Positions 26,534-36,460 of a stretch of 64,000 nucleotides of DNA are shown in pieces. A program made the position numbers and the translations under genes. The DNA is from an uncultured Candidatus Planktophila sp. Its GTDB lineage: Bacteria; Actinomycetota; Actinomycetes; Nanopelagicales; Nanopelagicaceae. The stretch is from the NCBI GenBank assembly GCA_937975715.1, contig CALJUA010000065.1, positions 4,796-68,795 on the forward strand, read 5' to 3'. Positions within the stretch are counted from its first letter, which is position 1. Every line of letters begins with the position of its first letter. The notes under the pieces are model-generated. The model searched no databases and was not told the origin of the DNA. It saw only the letters and a list, made by a program, of their open reading frames with translations.

Positions 26534-27421
26534 ATGTCTAACCGCTTGAGCAGCTCGACCATCTTTGGTCTAGCTGTCATGTGGTTTGTCGGGGGAGGCA
26601 TCTATCCATTTCTCTCCCATGCGGCAAAGACAATCGATCCCATCAATATCGTCTTTATCCGGGCCTGGGGCGCAGCGCTGATTCTCTTTATCGCAGTATT
26701 AGTGATGGCGCCGAAGTCATTTCGGCTATTGAAGTTTGATAAGAGCTTTATTCCCATCGTTATCTCATCAATGATGTACTCACCACTCTGCAGTATGACT
26801 TTGGCCTGGTCGAGCTCACGTGTGCCTGGAGCAATTACCGCGCTGATTTATTCCACTCTTCCGGCGATGTCGATCATCTTTATTGCGATGAAAGGTCAGC
26901 GACCATCACCACTTGCCATTAGTGGCGTTGTTGTTGCATCGGTTGCAGTTATTTTTCTCATCGGAGCCCCACAGGGAAGTGTGCAGATCGCTGGAATTAT
27001 CGGCGCCTTGATCTCTACATTTGCATGGTTTGCTGCAACAGAAATCTGGATTAAGTATGAGAGCGGCTACCCACTTATATTGGCCATCTTCTTGCAAGTA
27101 TTTATAGGCGCTGTCGGCACAACTATTGTGCACTTCTTCTCTCACACCGAAGGCGTTACCTCGAAAGACCTACTTAATCCGTCAATGATTTTTCTTGTTG
27201 TTGCTCTTGCTTCACAATATTGGGCGTATCTAGGAATCTCGCGTCGAGTCTCTCCGGCGTTGCTGACCTCATTTGCCTTCGTTAATCCATTGGTCGCTGG
27301 GGTAATTGGCTACTTTGCCTTTGATCAGCACCTCGGTCCAGTGCAGTTGATTGCCGGTGCAATTCTCTTGGTAGGCATCTACCTGGTGGTGAAGAGCGAA
27401 ACTACATCAGTAGATAGATAG
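26534..27421 (+). CDS. EamA/DMT-family transporter
   Basis: Ten hydrophobic segments in two repeats; SFAFVNPLVA. Confidence 0.8.
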   Translation: MSNRLSSSTIFGLAVMWFVGGGIYPFLSHAAKTIDPINIVFIRAWGAALILFIAVLVMAPKSFRLLKFDKSFIPIVISSMMYSPLCSMTLAWSSSRVPGAITALIYSTLPAMSIIFIAMKGQRPSPLAISGVVVASVAVIFLIGAPQGSVQIAGIIGALISTFAWFAATEIWIKYESGYPLILAIFLQVFIGAVGTTIVHFFSHTEGVTSKDLLNPSMIFLVVALASQYWAYLGISRRVSPALLTSFAFVNPLVAGVIGYFAFDQHLGPVQLIAGAILLVGIYLVVKSETTSVDR

Positions 27422-27431
27422 AGTGCGCTCC

Positions 27432-29429
27432 ATGAGCGAGCTTTCAGCCCAGGTGCGTGCAGCGTTAGATGCTGCGGTATCGGCAATCGGCGGAAAGCCG
27501 CGCGAAGGTCAGATTGAGATGGCAGAGGCGGTTGCCAATGCGCTCACCGATCGCCACCACTTAATGGTGCAGGCAGGAACCGGAACCGGAAAGTCACTGG
27601 CCTACTTAATTCCCGCGCTCGTTCATGGCCGCAAAGTCTTGGTAGCGACTGCGACGCTTGCACTGCAACGTCAATTAGTAGAACGCGATCTGCCGGCAGT
27701 TGTACCAGCGTTGGAAAAACAACTAGGTCGCGAGATTACCTATGCCATTTACAAGGGCGTTGGAAATTACATCTGCTTAGCGAAGATGAATTCAGAGGAA
27801 CCCGATCCCGATGGCGAACTTCTGCTCGAGGCTTCTTATTTAGAGAAAGATGCCAAGCGACTTCATGCCTGGGCGCGCAGTAAAGATGTATCGGGAGATC
27901 GCGATGATGCGCCAGAGGTTGATCGCCGAGTCTGGGCTGCAAATTCACTCTCCGGTCGTGAATGTGTCGGCGCTGATGCATGCGCCTATGGCTCACAGTG
28001 CTTTGCAGCAAAAGCTAAAGCAAAGGCCCAGGATGCTGATGTTGTCGTTACCAACCACACCTTGCTTGCTATCGAAATTGTTGATTCGCACCCAATCTTG
28101 CCCGAGCGCGATGCGGTAATTCTCGATGAGGCCCATGAATTTATGGATCGCACCACCCAAGCTGTTACCGAAGAGCTGACATCGGCTCGGGTGCAGCGTG
28201 CGGCTGCGATGGCTCGTAAATATATGCCGGGCAAGCTATCTGATGCTTTTACCAATGCAGCTGATTCTTTCCACGATGCGATGAATGATTATGGAGAAGA
28301 TGTGAAAGGCGACTTCTCTAAGCAGGGTCGCTTGGAAGAGATTCCGCAATCACTGGAGCACCCAGTGCGCAAGGTGAAAGAGACTGCAACTTCGCTAGTG
28401 CAATCACTGGCATCGGATGAAGAGATTTTGGATCCGGATGCACTCGCCGAGCGCGCTCGAGTCAAGGGTGCGGTGCAGGAAATTGCAACAACCGCTGGCA
28501 AATTGTTAAAGATGGGCGATACCCATGTGCTCTGGTACGAGCCAACTTTCTCAACGCTGCATTTAGCGCCGCTTTCGGTCTCGCATATCTTGCGCAGTAA
28601 TTTATTAACACAGAGCCCAGTGATTGCAACCTCAGCAACTCTTACTGTGGGCAATGGTTTTGATGCAATGGCTAAGAGCATCGGCTTTGTTGTTGGAAAT
28701 GAAGCAGATGAAGAAGTCGATAGCGATGAGATCGATCCCGGCAATGTGCAGTTCTTAGATGTGGGATCGCCTTTTGATTTTGCTAATCAAGGAATGTTGT
28801 ATCTACCGAAGCATCTGCCAGAACCCACCCGTGATGGCACATCGCCGCAGGTATTGGAAGAACTGGGTGAATTAATTGATGCTGCCGGTGGCCGCACACT
28901 TGCCCTCTTTAGTTCGTGGCGTGGAGTTGAAGCAGCCGATGCCCACCTTCGAAAAGTCTTAGCCGAACGCCCTATTTCAATCATTACCCAGAAGCGCGGC
29001 GATGCAGTTGCACCACTGGTCGAACGTTTTGCAAAAGATGAAACATCAGTCTTACTTGGAACGATGTCGTTATGGCAAGGCGTAGATGTGCCCGGTAATT
29101 CATGCATTCTCGTTGTCATCGATCGCTTGCCATTTCCACGACCAGATGAGCCAGTACTTGCTGCGCGATCAGCGCTTGCTGATAACTCTGGTGGAAGCGG
29201 TTTTATGCAGGTCTCTGTTCCGCGCGCAGCGCTCTTGCTGGCGCAGGGGGCTGGTCGATTGATTAGAAGTATCGATGACCGCGGTGTGGTGGCCATCATG
29301 GATTCGCGCATTGTGACCAAACGCTATGGAAATATCTTGCTCAACTCTATGCCGCCACTCTGGCGCACCAACGATAAGCAGGTGGTGCGAGACTCACTGA
29401 GCAGGTTGGCAAAGAGCATGGAAGAATAA
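27432..29429 (+). CDS. dinG: DinG-family ATP-dependent DNA helicase
   Basis: QAGTGTGKSLAYL, VATATLALQRQL, ILDEAH, TSATL, WQGVDVPG, QGAGRLIR. Confidence 0.92.
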   Translation: MSELSAQVRAALDAAVSAIGGKPREGQIEMAEAVANALTDRHHLMVQAGTGTGKSLAYLIPALVHGRKVLVATATLALQRQLVERDLPAVVPALEKQLGREITYAIYKGVGNYICLAKMNSEEPDPDGELLLEASYLEKDAKRLHAWARSKDVSGDRDDAPEVDRRVWAANSLSGRECVGADACAYGSQCFAAKAKAKAQDADVVVTNHTLLAIEIVDSHPILPERDAVILDEAHEFMDRTTQAVTEELTSARVQRAAAMARKYMPGKLSDAFTNAADSFHDAMNDYGEDVKGDFSKQGRLEEIPQSLEHPVRKVKETATSLVQSLASDEEILDPDALAERARVKGAVQEIATTAGKLLKMGDTHVLWYEPTFSTLHLAPLSVSHILRSNLLTQSPVIATSATLTVGNGFDAMAKSIGFVVGNEADEEVDSDEIDPGNVQFLDVGSPFDFANQGMLYLPKHLPEPTRDGTSPQVLEELGELIDAAGGRTLALFSSWRGVEAADAHLRKVLAERPISIITQKRGDAVAPLVERFAKDETSVLLGTMSLWQGVDVPGNSCILVVIDRLPFPRPDEPVLAARSALADNSGGSGFMQVSVPRAALLLAQGAGRLIRSIDDRGVVAIMDSRIVTKRYGNILLNSMPPLWRTNDKQVVRDSLSRLAKSMEE

Positions 29430-29433
29430 ATCT

Positions 29434-30018
29434 ATGCCTCGCATCACCACGCCCAACCTTGCTAGCCACCGTGATTGGCGACGTAGTCAGCTCATTGATG
29501 CAGCTGCGGCGATCGCTCTCGAATCAGGTGGCGAGGCAATTTCTGTCGCAGCTGTTGCTGCGCGCGCTGGCTTATCGCGTACATCGGTCTATGAATACTT
29601 TGCTAGCAGCGCGGATTTAGCTGCCGATCTAGTGATTGAAGAATTAGAGAGTTTTGCTCAGGCGCTGGAAGTGGCGACAGTCGACATCGTCGACCCATCG
29701 GAATCTGTTGAACGATGGATTGAGGCTTCATTGCAATACATTGCAGATGGACGCCACTTACTGGCGAAAGCTCTCAATGCAGTGGATTTACCCCGTAATC
29801 GCGCTGCCGCAATTGGAGCAGCTCACCGAGCCCTACTTTCACCTCTGACGAGAAAATTAGAAGAGATGGGTATTGATCAGATTGATTTCGCGCTCTCGAT
29901 GATTCAGAGCACCACCGATAGCGCTTCAAAAAGAATTGAAAGTGGCGACGATGCAGAACAAGTGATTGCTAAGACCACTTCATTCTGCATCGCCGGACTT
30001 TCAGCGTTGACTCGCTAA
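29434..30018 (+). CDS. TetR/AcrR-family regulator
   Basis: VAAVAARAGLSRTSVYEYF HTH. Confidence 0.9.
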   Translation: MPRITTPNLASHRDWRRSQLIDAAAAIALESGGEAISVAAVAARAGLSRTSVYEYFASSADLAADLVIEELESFAQALEVATVDIVDPSESVERWIEASLQYIADGRHLLAKALNAVDLPRNRAAAIGAAHRALLSPLTRKLEEMGIDQIDFALSMIQSTTDSASKRIESGDDAEQVIAKTTSFCIAGLSALTR

Positions 30019-30984
30019 TTACTTATTCTTTACCTTAATTACCTTATGGAGCGCGCTCCACATTCCAGCCTTCTCATCGGCATGAGCGGTCAAAGTACAT
30101 GGACCCTTTACCTCAACCACATTAAGTTCAACCCGGCAATTCTTTGAATTAGAGGAGTACTTCACTTCGCTACCGAAGTTAGTTGCTGCGGGGAGCGCTT
30201 TTGTCTTTCCTTTAGCAATGGTGAGTGCTGATAAGGAAATTTTCTGAGTTCCCGGAACAAGTACGAATGGGAAGTTTCCTGATGCTGCAGCTGTCGTAGC
30301 TGATGCAACGGTTGCGTACGCCAGCGCACATTGACCACTGCCCTTAAGTGCGGTCAATACGCCATTGGAATAGGTGCAATCAGGGGTAAGTGATGTCAGA
30401 TTTACGGCGGCACCAGACTTTGCAGTCGCAACAATCTTTGCATCGGCGCGATATGCCAAATTGCGTGGAACGTTGCGAACTAGTGGGGTTCCATTAAGCG
30501 TTACCGTGATTTCATCTGCAGCTAGTGCTGGCGCTGAAGATCCCTGCTTGAATGAGATTGGCATGAACTTATCTTCAGATGTATCTGTCGCTGCAGTGTG
30601 ATCTAGTCGGAAGAAGAGTCCACATTGAACTTGAGTACAGTCCACAGTGACGCCCTTGCCGACGATTGAGCCCGCTACCTTGATAGCAATCGCACCAGTC
30701 GGACTTGTGGTGCCTTGTCCGCCAGAACCTGATACCCAGAGCTGGATTGTGTCGCTGCATGTTGCTGGGCGAGCATTTCCCACAGGAGAAACGCACTGCT
30801 GAATGTACATACCCGCCTTAGTTGGAAACTTAGTGAAGCCGCCATTGATGGTGGCGCCAGCCGGATCGAGATTTGTTAGCGGACTGCTAGCAAAGACGAA
30901 GGTCTCTGCCTGTGCAGGAGCGATAGAACCAAGTGAAGCAATCGCGATGGTCACTGCGGTGATAATCGAGCGTTTTCTCATCAT
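30019..30984 (-). CDS. Secreted protein with neocarzinostatin-like domain and C-terminal Ig-like repeats
   Basis: Signal peptide; GMYIQQC..C..WVS and VDCTQVQCG..RLDH...D pattern. Confidence 0.6.
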   Translation of the reverse strand: MMRKRSIITAVTIAIASLGSIAPAQAETFVFASSPLTNLDPAGATINGGFTKFPTKAGMYIQQCVSPVGNARPATCSDTIQLWVSGSGGQGTTSPTGAIAIKVAGSIVGKGVTVDCTQVQCGLFFRLDHTAATDTSEDKFMPISFKQGSSAPALAADEITVTLNGTPLVRNVPRNLAYRADAKIVATAKSGAAVNLTSLTPDCTYSNGVLTALKGSGQCALAYATVASATTAAASGNFPFVLVPGTQKISLSALTIAKGKTKALPAATNFGSEVKYSSNSKNCRVELNVVEVKGPCTLTAHADEKAGMWSALHKVIKVKNK

Positions 30985-31004
30985 CTTCCTTTGTTTGAAG
31001 TGGG

Positions 31005-31481
31005 CTACTTGATTGTGATGGGGATAAAGATGTCGTGGGTGCGATCGCCTTCATGGAGGTGATCTGATCTGACTGTGATTGCACATTTAACTTTTCGGCA
31101 ATCGAACTTTCCAATGGTTTTAGTTACTGAGACTTTCTCGCTAAAGCGACCACCGGGGGTAAATGGAATTGCCAGCCCGATTCCATAGGGAGGGGGATTG
31201 GATGAGATCCAATAGGAAGCATCTCCCATTCCGCTCTTATTAACGCCACCACCACATGGAGATGGAAGTGAGCTTTTCTTCGGCATCACGCAATAAGCAA
31301 GATAGATTCCAACAGTCTCATCAAAATTTTTTCCGGTAACGGTAACAACGCTGTTCTTGGTGAATTTGCTCTTCGAAATCGAAATCGAGGCGCCATTTGC
31401 ACTTGTTGCAGAAATCGCTGCATGCGCAGAGCTAGGCAGGGCGATTGAGAGCACCAGCGCAATGACTATCGTGCGAATCAT
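31005..31481 (-). CDS. Secreted neocarzinostatin-like domain protein
   Basis: Signal peptide; VTVTGKNFD..GIYLAYC..PSPCGG..SYWISSNPPPYG..FDCRKVKCAI..RSDH..DRTHD. Confidence 0.65.
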   Translation of the reverse strand: MIRTIVIALVLSIALPSSAHAAISATSANGASISISKSKFTKNSVVTVTGKNFDETVGIYLAYCVMPKKSSLPSPCGGGVNKSGMGDASYWISSNPPPYGIGLAIPFTPGGRFSEKVSVTKTIGKFDCRKVKCAITVRSDHLHEGDRTHDIFIPITIK

Positions 31482-31565
31482 GGCTTAAGGCTAAAGAGAG
31501 TATCGACGCCGCTTATCCGACAACACGTGGCAATCTGTCGGCATCTTCTCTGCCAGAATGCACGC

Positions 31566-32480
31566 ATGCGAGCATGGAGAATCACCGCTGTAGTGATTGC
31601 CCTCACTTTTCTCTCGAGTTGCGCAGCGCAACAAAAATCCGCGATTGAGATTGCAAGTGGTGATGTCACTAGCAGTTCCGTGACCACCTCTACTCTTTCT
31701 AAGTATTCGAAAGTTGTAGCACTGGCAAATGGATCGGCCGAGATTATTGATTCGCTTGGTTTGAAGAAGATTTTGATTGGTCGAGATATTGCAAGCACTG
31801 ATGAATCGCTTGCGAGCGTGCCGGTAGTTACCTCGGGTCATCAAGTAATTGCAGAGAAAATCATCTCGCTTAATCCAGATCTAGTTTTGATTGATTCTTC
31901 TGTGGGTCCTATTCAAGCGCTCAACGCGATTCGAAAGGCTGGCATCAGGGTCGAGAGCATCTACGAGGTCTGGACTGTCGGCGCAATTACTTCCAAGGTG
32001 AAGCAGATTGCGCAGATTCTCGGCGTTTCCAGTGCAGGCGAAGCTCTGGCTAGTGAAATCAATAAGTCAATTACTGCGGCAACTTCTGAAGTTGCAGGCA
32101 AGCCTCGGGTGGCATTCCTATATTTGCGTGGCGGAAATTCGATTTATCTCCTCGGTGGCAAAGGGTCGGGCGCTGATTCAATTCTGCAAACACTCGGTGC
32201 GATTGATGTGGGCGCGGTTGCAGGGTCTAGGCCCTTTGCTGCGCTTACCAGCGAATCATTGATTGGAAAAGATCCCGAAGTTATTCTGGTGATGTCAAAG
32301 GGATTGGAATCTGTCGGCGGTGTCGATGGATTGGTGAAGTTGCCGGGCATTGCTCAGACATCCGCCGGTAAATCAGAACGCGTCATCGCAGTAGATGATT
32401 CGCTACTACTTTCCTTTGGACCGCGCACGCCATCGATGTTGTTAAAACTTGCCGCGGCGCTGAATGAGGTGCGCAAATGA
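31566..32480 (+). CDS. Haem/hemin ABC substrate-binding lipoprotein (HmuT-like)
   Basis: Lipobox FLSSC, EKIISLNPDL, RVAFLYLRG, ALTSESL..DPEVILVM, LLLSFGPRT. Confidence 0.82.
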   Translation: MRAWRITAVVIALTFLSSCAAQQKSAIEIASGDVTSSSVTTSTLSKYSKVVALANGSAEIIDSLGLKKILIGRDIASTDESLASVPVVTSGHQVIAEKIISLNPDLVLIDSSVGPIQALNAIRKAGIRVESIYEVWTVGAITSKVKQIAQILGVSSAGEALASEINKSITAATSEVAGKPRVAFLYLRGGNSIYLLGGKGSGADSILQTLGAIDVGAVAGSRPFAALTSESLIGKDPEVILVMSKGLESVGGVDGLVKLPGIAQTSAGKSERVIAVDDSLLLSFGPRTPSMLLKLAAALNEVRK

Positions 32481-33463
32481 TGGGCGTAAAAGCACGCCGT
32501 ATTCTCTTGCTCGCAATTCTTATTGGAATCGCCCTGCTCACTGTGGCGGGACTAGCTCTGGGAAGTGCGACCGTGCAAAATCTCTGGCAGGTTATTGCTC
32601 ATCCATGGGGTGCAGGGCCGGGGCACGAAATTGTCTGGGGAATTCGCTTTCCTCGAATCCTGAGTGCGCTCTTGGTCGGAATGGCGCTCGGTGTCGCCGG
32701 CGCGCTGGCACAATCGGCAACAAATAGCCCACTTGCAGACCCTGCAATTATTGGAACAGCAGCTGGTGCAAGCATCGGTGCCGCGCTAGGAATAGTTCTT
32801 AATCTCGCTTTAGTCGGAACAGTCCCGATCGCAATTGCTGCAACTATCGGTGCGCTACTTGCCTCAGTCATTACCTTCTCAGTGGCAAAGGGATCAATTC
32901 AGTTAATCATTACTGGAATCGCTACTTCATCGCTATTGACTGCGATTTCAGGTTTGATCATTTCAATTGGAAATCGCCCGGATGCGCGTTCCATTTCATT
33001 CTGGTCACTCGGTTCTTTTGCCCTGACAAATATGGAGATGGTGAAGGTTCTTGCTCCTGTTGTTCTGATTGCATCCGTTGCTGGTTGGCTTTACTCGCAG
33101 AGTATGGATCTACTTGTATTAGGCGATAGGGAAGTGCGCCACCTGGGCAAGAACCCGGATCAATTGCGTTTTATAGCTTTTATATTCATCTCGATTCTGA
33201 TCGGCGTATCTGTAAGTTCAGTTGGTTCAATTGCATTTATTGCACTTGCCGCACCGCACATCACTCGATACCTGATCGGACCTACTAATCGCCCGCTAGT
33301 CATTGGCTCTGCTGTCATTGGCGCTGGATTGTTGTTGCTATCAGATATTGCAGCCCGCACGATTGCTGCTCCCAATGAGCTGCCTATCGGCTTAATTACC
33401 TCGCTGATCGGAGCACCGATATTGATTATCGTGCTCAAGCGAAGTCGTGGAGTCTGGCAATGA
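32477..33463 (+). CDS. FecCD-family iron-chelate/haem ABC permease (HmuU-like)
   Basis: IRFPR, NSPLADP..IG, FWSLGS, IAFIALAAPH, ELPIG. Confidence 0.9.
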   Translation: MMGVKARRILLLAILIGIALLTVAGLALGSATVQNLWQVIAHPWGAGPGHEIVWGIRFPRILSALLVGMALGVAGALAQSATNSPLADPAIIGTAAGASIGAALGIVLNLALVGTVPIAIAATIGALLASVITFSVAKGSIQLIITGIATSSLLTAISGLIISIGNRPDARSISFWSLGSFALTNMEMVKVLAPVVLIASVAGWLYSQSMDLLVLGDREVRHLGKNPDQLRFIAFIFISILIGVSVSSVGSIAFIALAAPHITRYLIGPTNRPLVIGSAVIGAGLLLLSDIAARTIAAPNELPIGLITSLIGAPILIIVLKRSRGVWQ

Positions 33464-34068
33464 TTGAGATTCGCGATTTGGTAGTCGGCTACGAGGGAAA
33501 GACTGTGGTCGATGGATTCACGGCCACAATAAAGAAAGGTTCTATTACCGCCATCATCGGTCGAAATGGCGCTGGAAAATCTACGCTGCTATCAGCTATC
33601 GCCGGAGATATCGAAATTATCAGCGGAGAGATTGAGATTAACTCGCGATCCATCAAGGATTACTCGTTGGCTGATATTTCTCAGACTCTCTCACTGGCAC
33701 AGCAGAGCCACAGCTACTGGATGAGCTATTCAGTCCAAGAGATTATCTGGTTGGGTCACGATGCAGTTTCGAAGGCGAGATTTGATTATCTTTCACGCGA
33801 ACTTCAGTTGGGTGAATTTCTTAGACAGCCGATTACCGCACTTTCTGGTGGTCAACTGCAGCGAGTCGAGATTGCCCGTTCGTTGATGCGCGATGTGCCG
33901 CTGGTGCTGCTCGATGAACCATTTGCTTCTCAAGACTTAGCATCGGTTGAACGCATTACCCGATTAATCCAAAACGAACGAGATTCGGGAAGAACATTTG
34001 TGATTGTCACACACTCTCGCGAAGAAGATCTTCGGTGGTGTGATCAGATTATTAATCTTGGACTTTAG
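33460..34068 (+). CDS. Iron-chelate/haem ABC ATP-binding protein (HmuV-like)
   Basis: GRNGAGKST, LSGGQLQRV, LLDEP. Confidence 0.9.
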   Translation: MIEIRDLVVGYEGKTVVDGFTATIKKGSITAIIGRNGAGKSTLLSAIAGDIEIISGEIEINSRSIKDYSLADISQTLSLAQQSHSYWMSYSVQEIIWLGHDAVSKARFDYLSRELQLGEFLRQPITALSGGQLQRVEIARSLMRDVPLVLLDEPFASQDLASVERITRLIQNERDSGRTFVIVTHSREEDLRWCDQIINLGL

Positions 34069-34535
34069 ATAGCGCGTTCAATCGCATCTTCTGCGGCTAG
34101 TCGTAGTGCCGGCCAACTACTGGCAAAACTCGGATGGAGCGGTAGACGCGTAACATCATCGAATTTCACCCATCGAACTTCATGTGATTCCTCATTGAGT
34201 TCGTGACCTTCTAGATTATTTGAAGCAATCGCAATGACGGTGCTGTAGCTCCAGCCGCCGTGATCATCGGTAAATGTTGTTAAGGCAGTGACATCATCGG
34301 GATTGATTCCGGTCTCTTCGTGAGCTTCACGAAGTGCTGCTTCCACAATACTTTCATGTGAGTCGCGAGCGCCTCCCGGTATGCCCCAAGTGTCACCGTT
34401 ATGAACCCACGGTGCACGGTGCTGAAGAAAGATGGCACCATCGCGGATCAGAAGGATTCCGGCTGCGCCATGCTTGCCCCAATGTTTTGAGCCGCAGGTG
34501 CATTCAATCCACCCATCACCATCGCGCGCCGCCAT
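34065..34535 (-). CDS. NUDIX hydrolase
   Basis: GGARDSHESIVEAALREAHEETG Nudix box; HWGKHGAAG. Leaderless ATG 34535. Confidence 0.9.
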   Translation of the reverse strand: MAARDGDGWIECTCGSKHWGKHGAAGILLIRDGAIFLQHRAPWVHNGDTWGIPGGARDSHESIVEAALREAHEETGINPDDVTALTTFTDDHGGWSYSTVIAIASNNLEGHELNEESHEVRWVKFDDVTRLPLHPSFASSWPALRLAAEDAIERAI

Positions 34536-34604
34536 GGTTCTAGCGTATCCACAGAGGCGAAAAGAGCAATCTAGAAATCGCTGCCCAATATCTAATCTGC
34601 GGCG

Positions 34605-35303
34605 ATGAAACGCATCTTCTCCATCATTCCTATAACTCTTCTCATCACAGCACCCGTCGCCACTGCCGCTGATTGCACAGTTAAGGCCTGTATTGATGTC
34701 TATACCCAAGATGGCCATATCGTCATTGAGGGACGCAAGGGGAGTGGCCCGAAATCAACTAAGGCTGCTGCTCCTCGTCCGAAAGCAACAAAGAAAGCTC
34801 TTGCTCCAAAACCTAAGAGCACAATTGCCGCAAAGCCAGTTGCACGCAAACCACGTATGAAAGCGGTGCCAAAAAAAGTTTCACAGGCTACCTCGTTGGA
34901 AGATAAGTTGATTGAATCAATTCCGACCGCCGGAATTTCATATCAACCATCGTTCTCGCCGCTGGTTCAGACTCCGGTTTATTTCTGGTCTGACATTCCA
35001 ACGCTTGTCACCAAGAAAGTTGAAATTGTGGGCGAGTTAGTCAATGTCCGACTCCGCCCCACATTTATCTGGCATTACGGAGATGGCGTTGTCTATGCAA
35101 CTCGTGAAGTCGGCGCCGCTTATCCCGAGGGAAAGATTCAACATACATATTCCAAACCTGGTCACTACCTCATCGAGCTCATCACGCGCTGGGATGGCGA
35201 ATTCACCGTAGATGGCGTCACTGCTCATATTCCAGGCGAGATCACGACCGTTTCGGTCCTTCCTATCACCGTTGTTGCTGCACCTATCCGTTTTATGAAT
35301 TGA
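34605..35303 (+). CDS. Secreted hypothetical protein with K/A/P-rich linker and PKD-like domain
   Basis: Signal peptide, TFIWHYGDG, HTYSKPG. Confidence 0.65.
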   Translation: MKRIFSIIPITLLITAPVATAADCTVKACIDVYTQDGHIVIEGRKGSGPKSTKAAAPRPKATKKALAPKPKSTIAAKPVARKPRMKAVPKKVSQATSLEDKLIESIPTAGISYQPSFSPLVQTPVYFWSDIPTLVTKKVEIVGELVNVRLRPTFIWHYGDGVVYATREVGAAYPEGKIQHTYSKPGHYLIELITRWDGEFTVDGVTAHIPGEITTVSVLPITVVAAPIRFMN

Positions 35304-35309
35304 GGAGCC

Positions 35310-36302
35310 ATGCCCACTTTAACTTCTGCCCACGATCTCATTACCGCTGTTCCATTCCTTATCGGCTTTCATCCCGCTAATTCAATTGTGCTGATTTCGG
35401 TCAAGGAAGATGCGATTGGGTTGGCGATGCGAATTGATGCGCCGCAGGTTCTACAGAGCGATGCGATTGATTTGCTTGCGCACCATTTATTACGTGAAGA
35501 AGCCGATGCCGCATTACTCGTTGCCTACATGCCCGATGAACGCGAGGATGGTGATTCGCTCCTTATCTCATTGGGTGCAGGGCTACTGCGCAATGGAATT
35601 TCCATTCAAGAATCGATAGTCGTGCGCAATGGTAGGTATCGCTCGATTATCTGCAGGGACGAAGATTGCTGTCCTCCGGCTGGTACTGACGTGCCGGCTA
35701 TTGAAGATTCACAGATCGCGGTGGAGCATGTCCTGGCAGGAGTCCCGATGCCATATTCCAATATTTCAGAGCTCATTGATTCAATATCTGCAGATGCACA
35801 ATCTCTCTCGCTGGAGTGGAGCGATGAGGTGAATCGCTTCTATATCGAAGAAGATGCGGAAGAAATTATGGAACTTCGCCGTGATGGGGTTGAGACGATG
35901 GATCTCTTATTGGACGAATTTCGAATGGGACACGGTGCATCAGAACAGACTTTGGTCGCGCGAATGATTGGTCGCATGAGCGATGTGCAAGTGCGCGATT
36001 ACGCCCTCGGTGTTCACACCGAAGATACCTTTGATCTCTACTTTGCAATGTGGCGCGAACTTCTTCGAAAAGCACCGCGAGGATTTGTGGCACCGATTGC
36101 CTGCATCGTTGCAGCGATGTCATATGAAAGCGGTGACGGTGCACTGGCGCAGAAGGCGCTTGATCGCGCACTGGCAGATGATGAGCGCTATCCACTCGCC
36201 GGTTTATTGCGTCGAGTCTTCAACGCCGGCTGGCCACCAGAGTCCTTTGCGCAGATGCGGGCAGAGCTTCATCCGAAGGTAATTGCCGCAATATTTGAAT
36301 AG
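35310..36302 (+). CDS. DUF4192-domain protein
   Basis: DLITAVPFLIGFHPANSIV, CCPPAG, VQVRD, GDGALA..ALDRAL. Confidence 0.85.
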   Translation: MPTLTSAHDLITAVPFLIGFHPANSIVLISVKEDAIGLAMRIDAPQVLQSDAIDLLAHHLLREEADAALLVAYMPDEREDGDSLLISLGAGLLRNGISIQESIVVRNGRYRSIICRDEDCCPPAGTDVPAIEDSQIAVEHVLAGVPMPYSNISELIDSISADAQSLSLEWSDEVNRFYIEEDAEEIMELRRDGVETMDLLLDEFRMGHGASEQTLVARMIGRMSDVQVRDYALGVHTEDTFDLYFAMWRELLRKAPRGFVAPIACIVAAMSYESGDGALAQKALDRALADDERYPLAGLLRRVFNAGWPPESFAQMRAELHPKVIAAIFE

Positions 36303-36329
36303 ATTCGAGCGCCGGTGATGGGTTAGAAT

Positions 36330-36450
36330 TTCGCCAGGTCACGAGTTTCGACATCAAGCCCCGGCTAGTCGAACGGCAACCCTCCACCGCGGTGGGGTGC
36401 TCCGGGTGACGACCAGGTTCGCGGCACAAGTGCGGCGAGCAAGTGCGTGA
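36330..36450 (+). ncRNA. SAM-IV riboswitch
   Basis: CAGGTCACGAGT...GCCCCGGCT...CGGCAACCCTCC...GGGGTGCTCCGGGTGACGACCAGG...GCAAG; upstream of metX, with TAGAAT -10 at 36324-36329. Confidence 0.9.
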
Positions 36451-36460
36451 AGGAAGTTTC

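Noticed and set aside
31482-31500. IdeR/DtxR iron box at the haem-uptake promoter
   Set aside because: Only the central TAAGGCTAA matches and the flanks do not; the match is explained by the -10 element.
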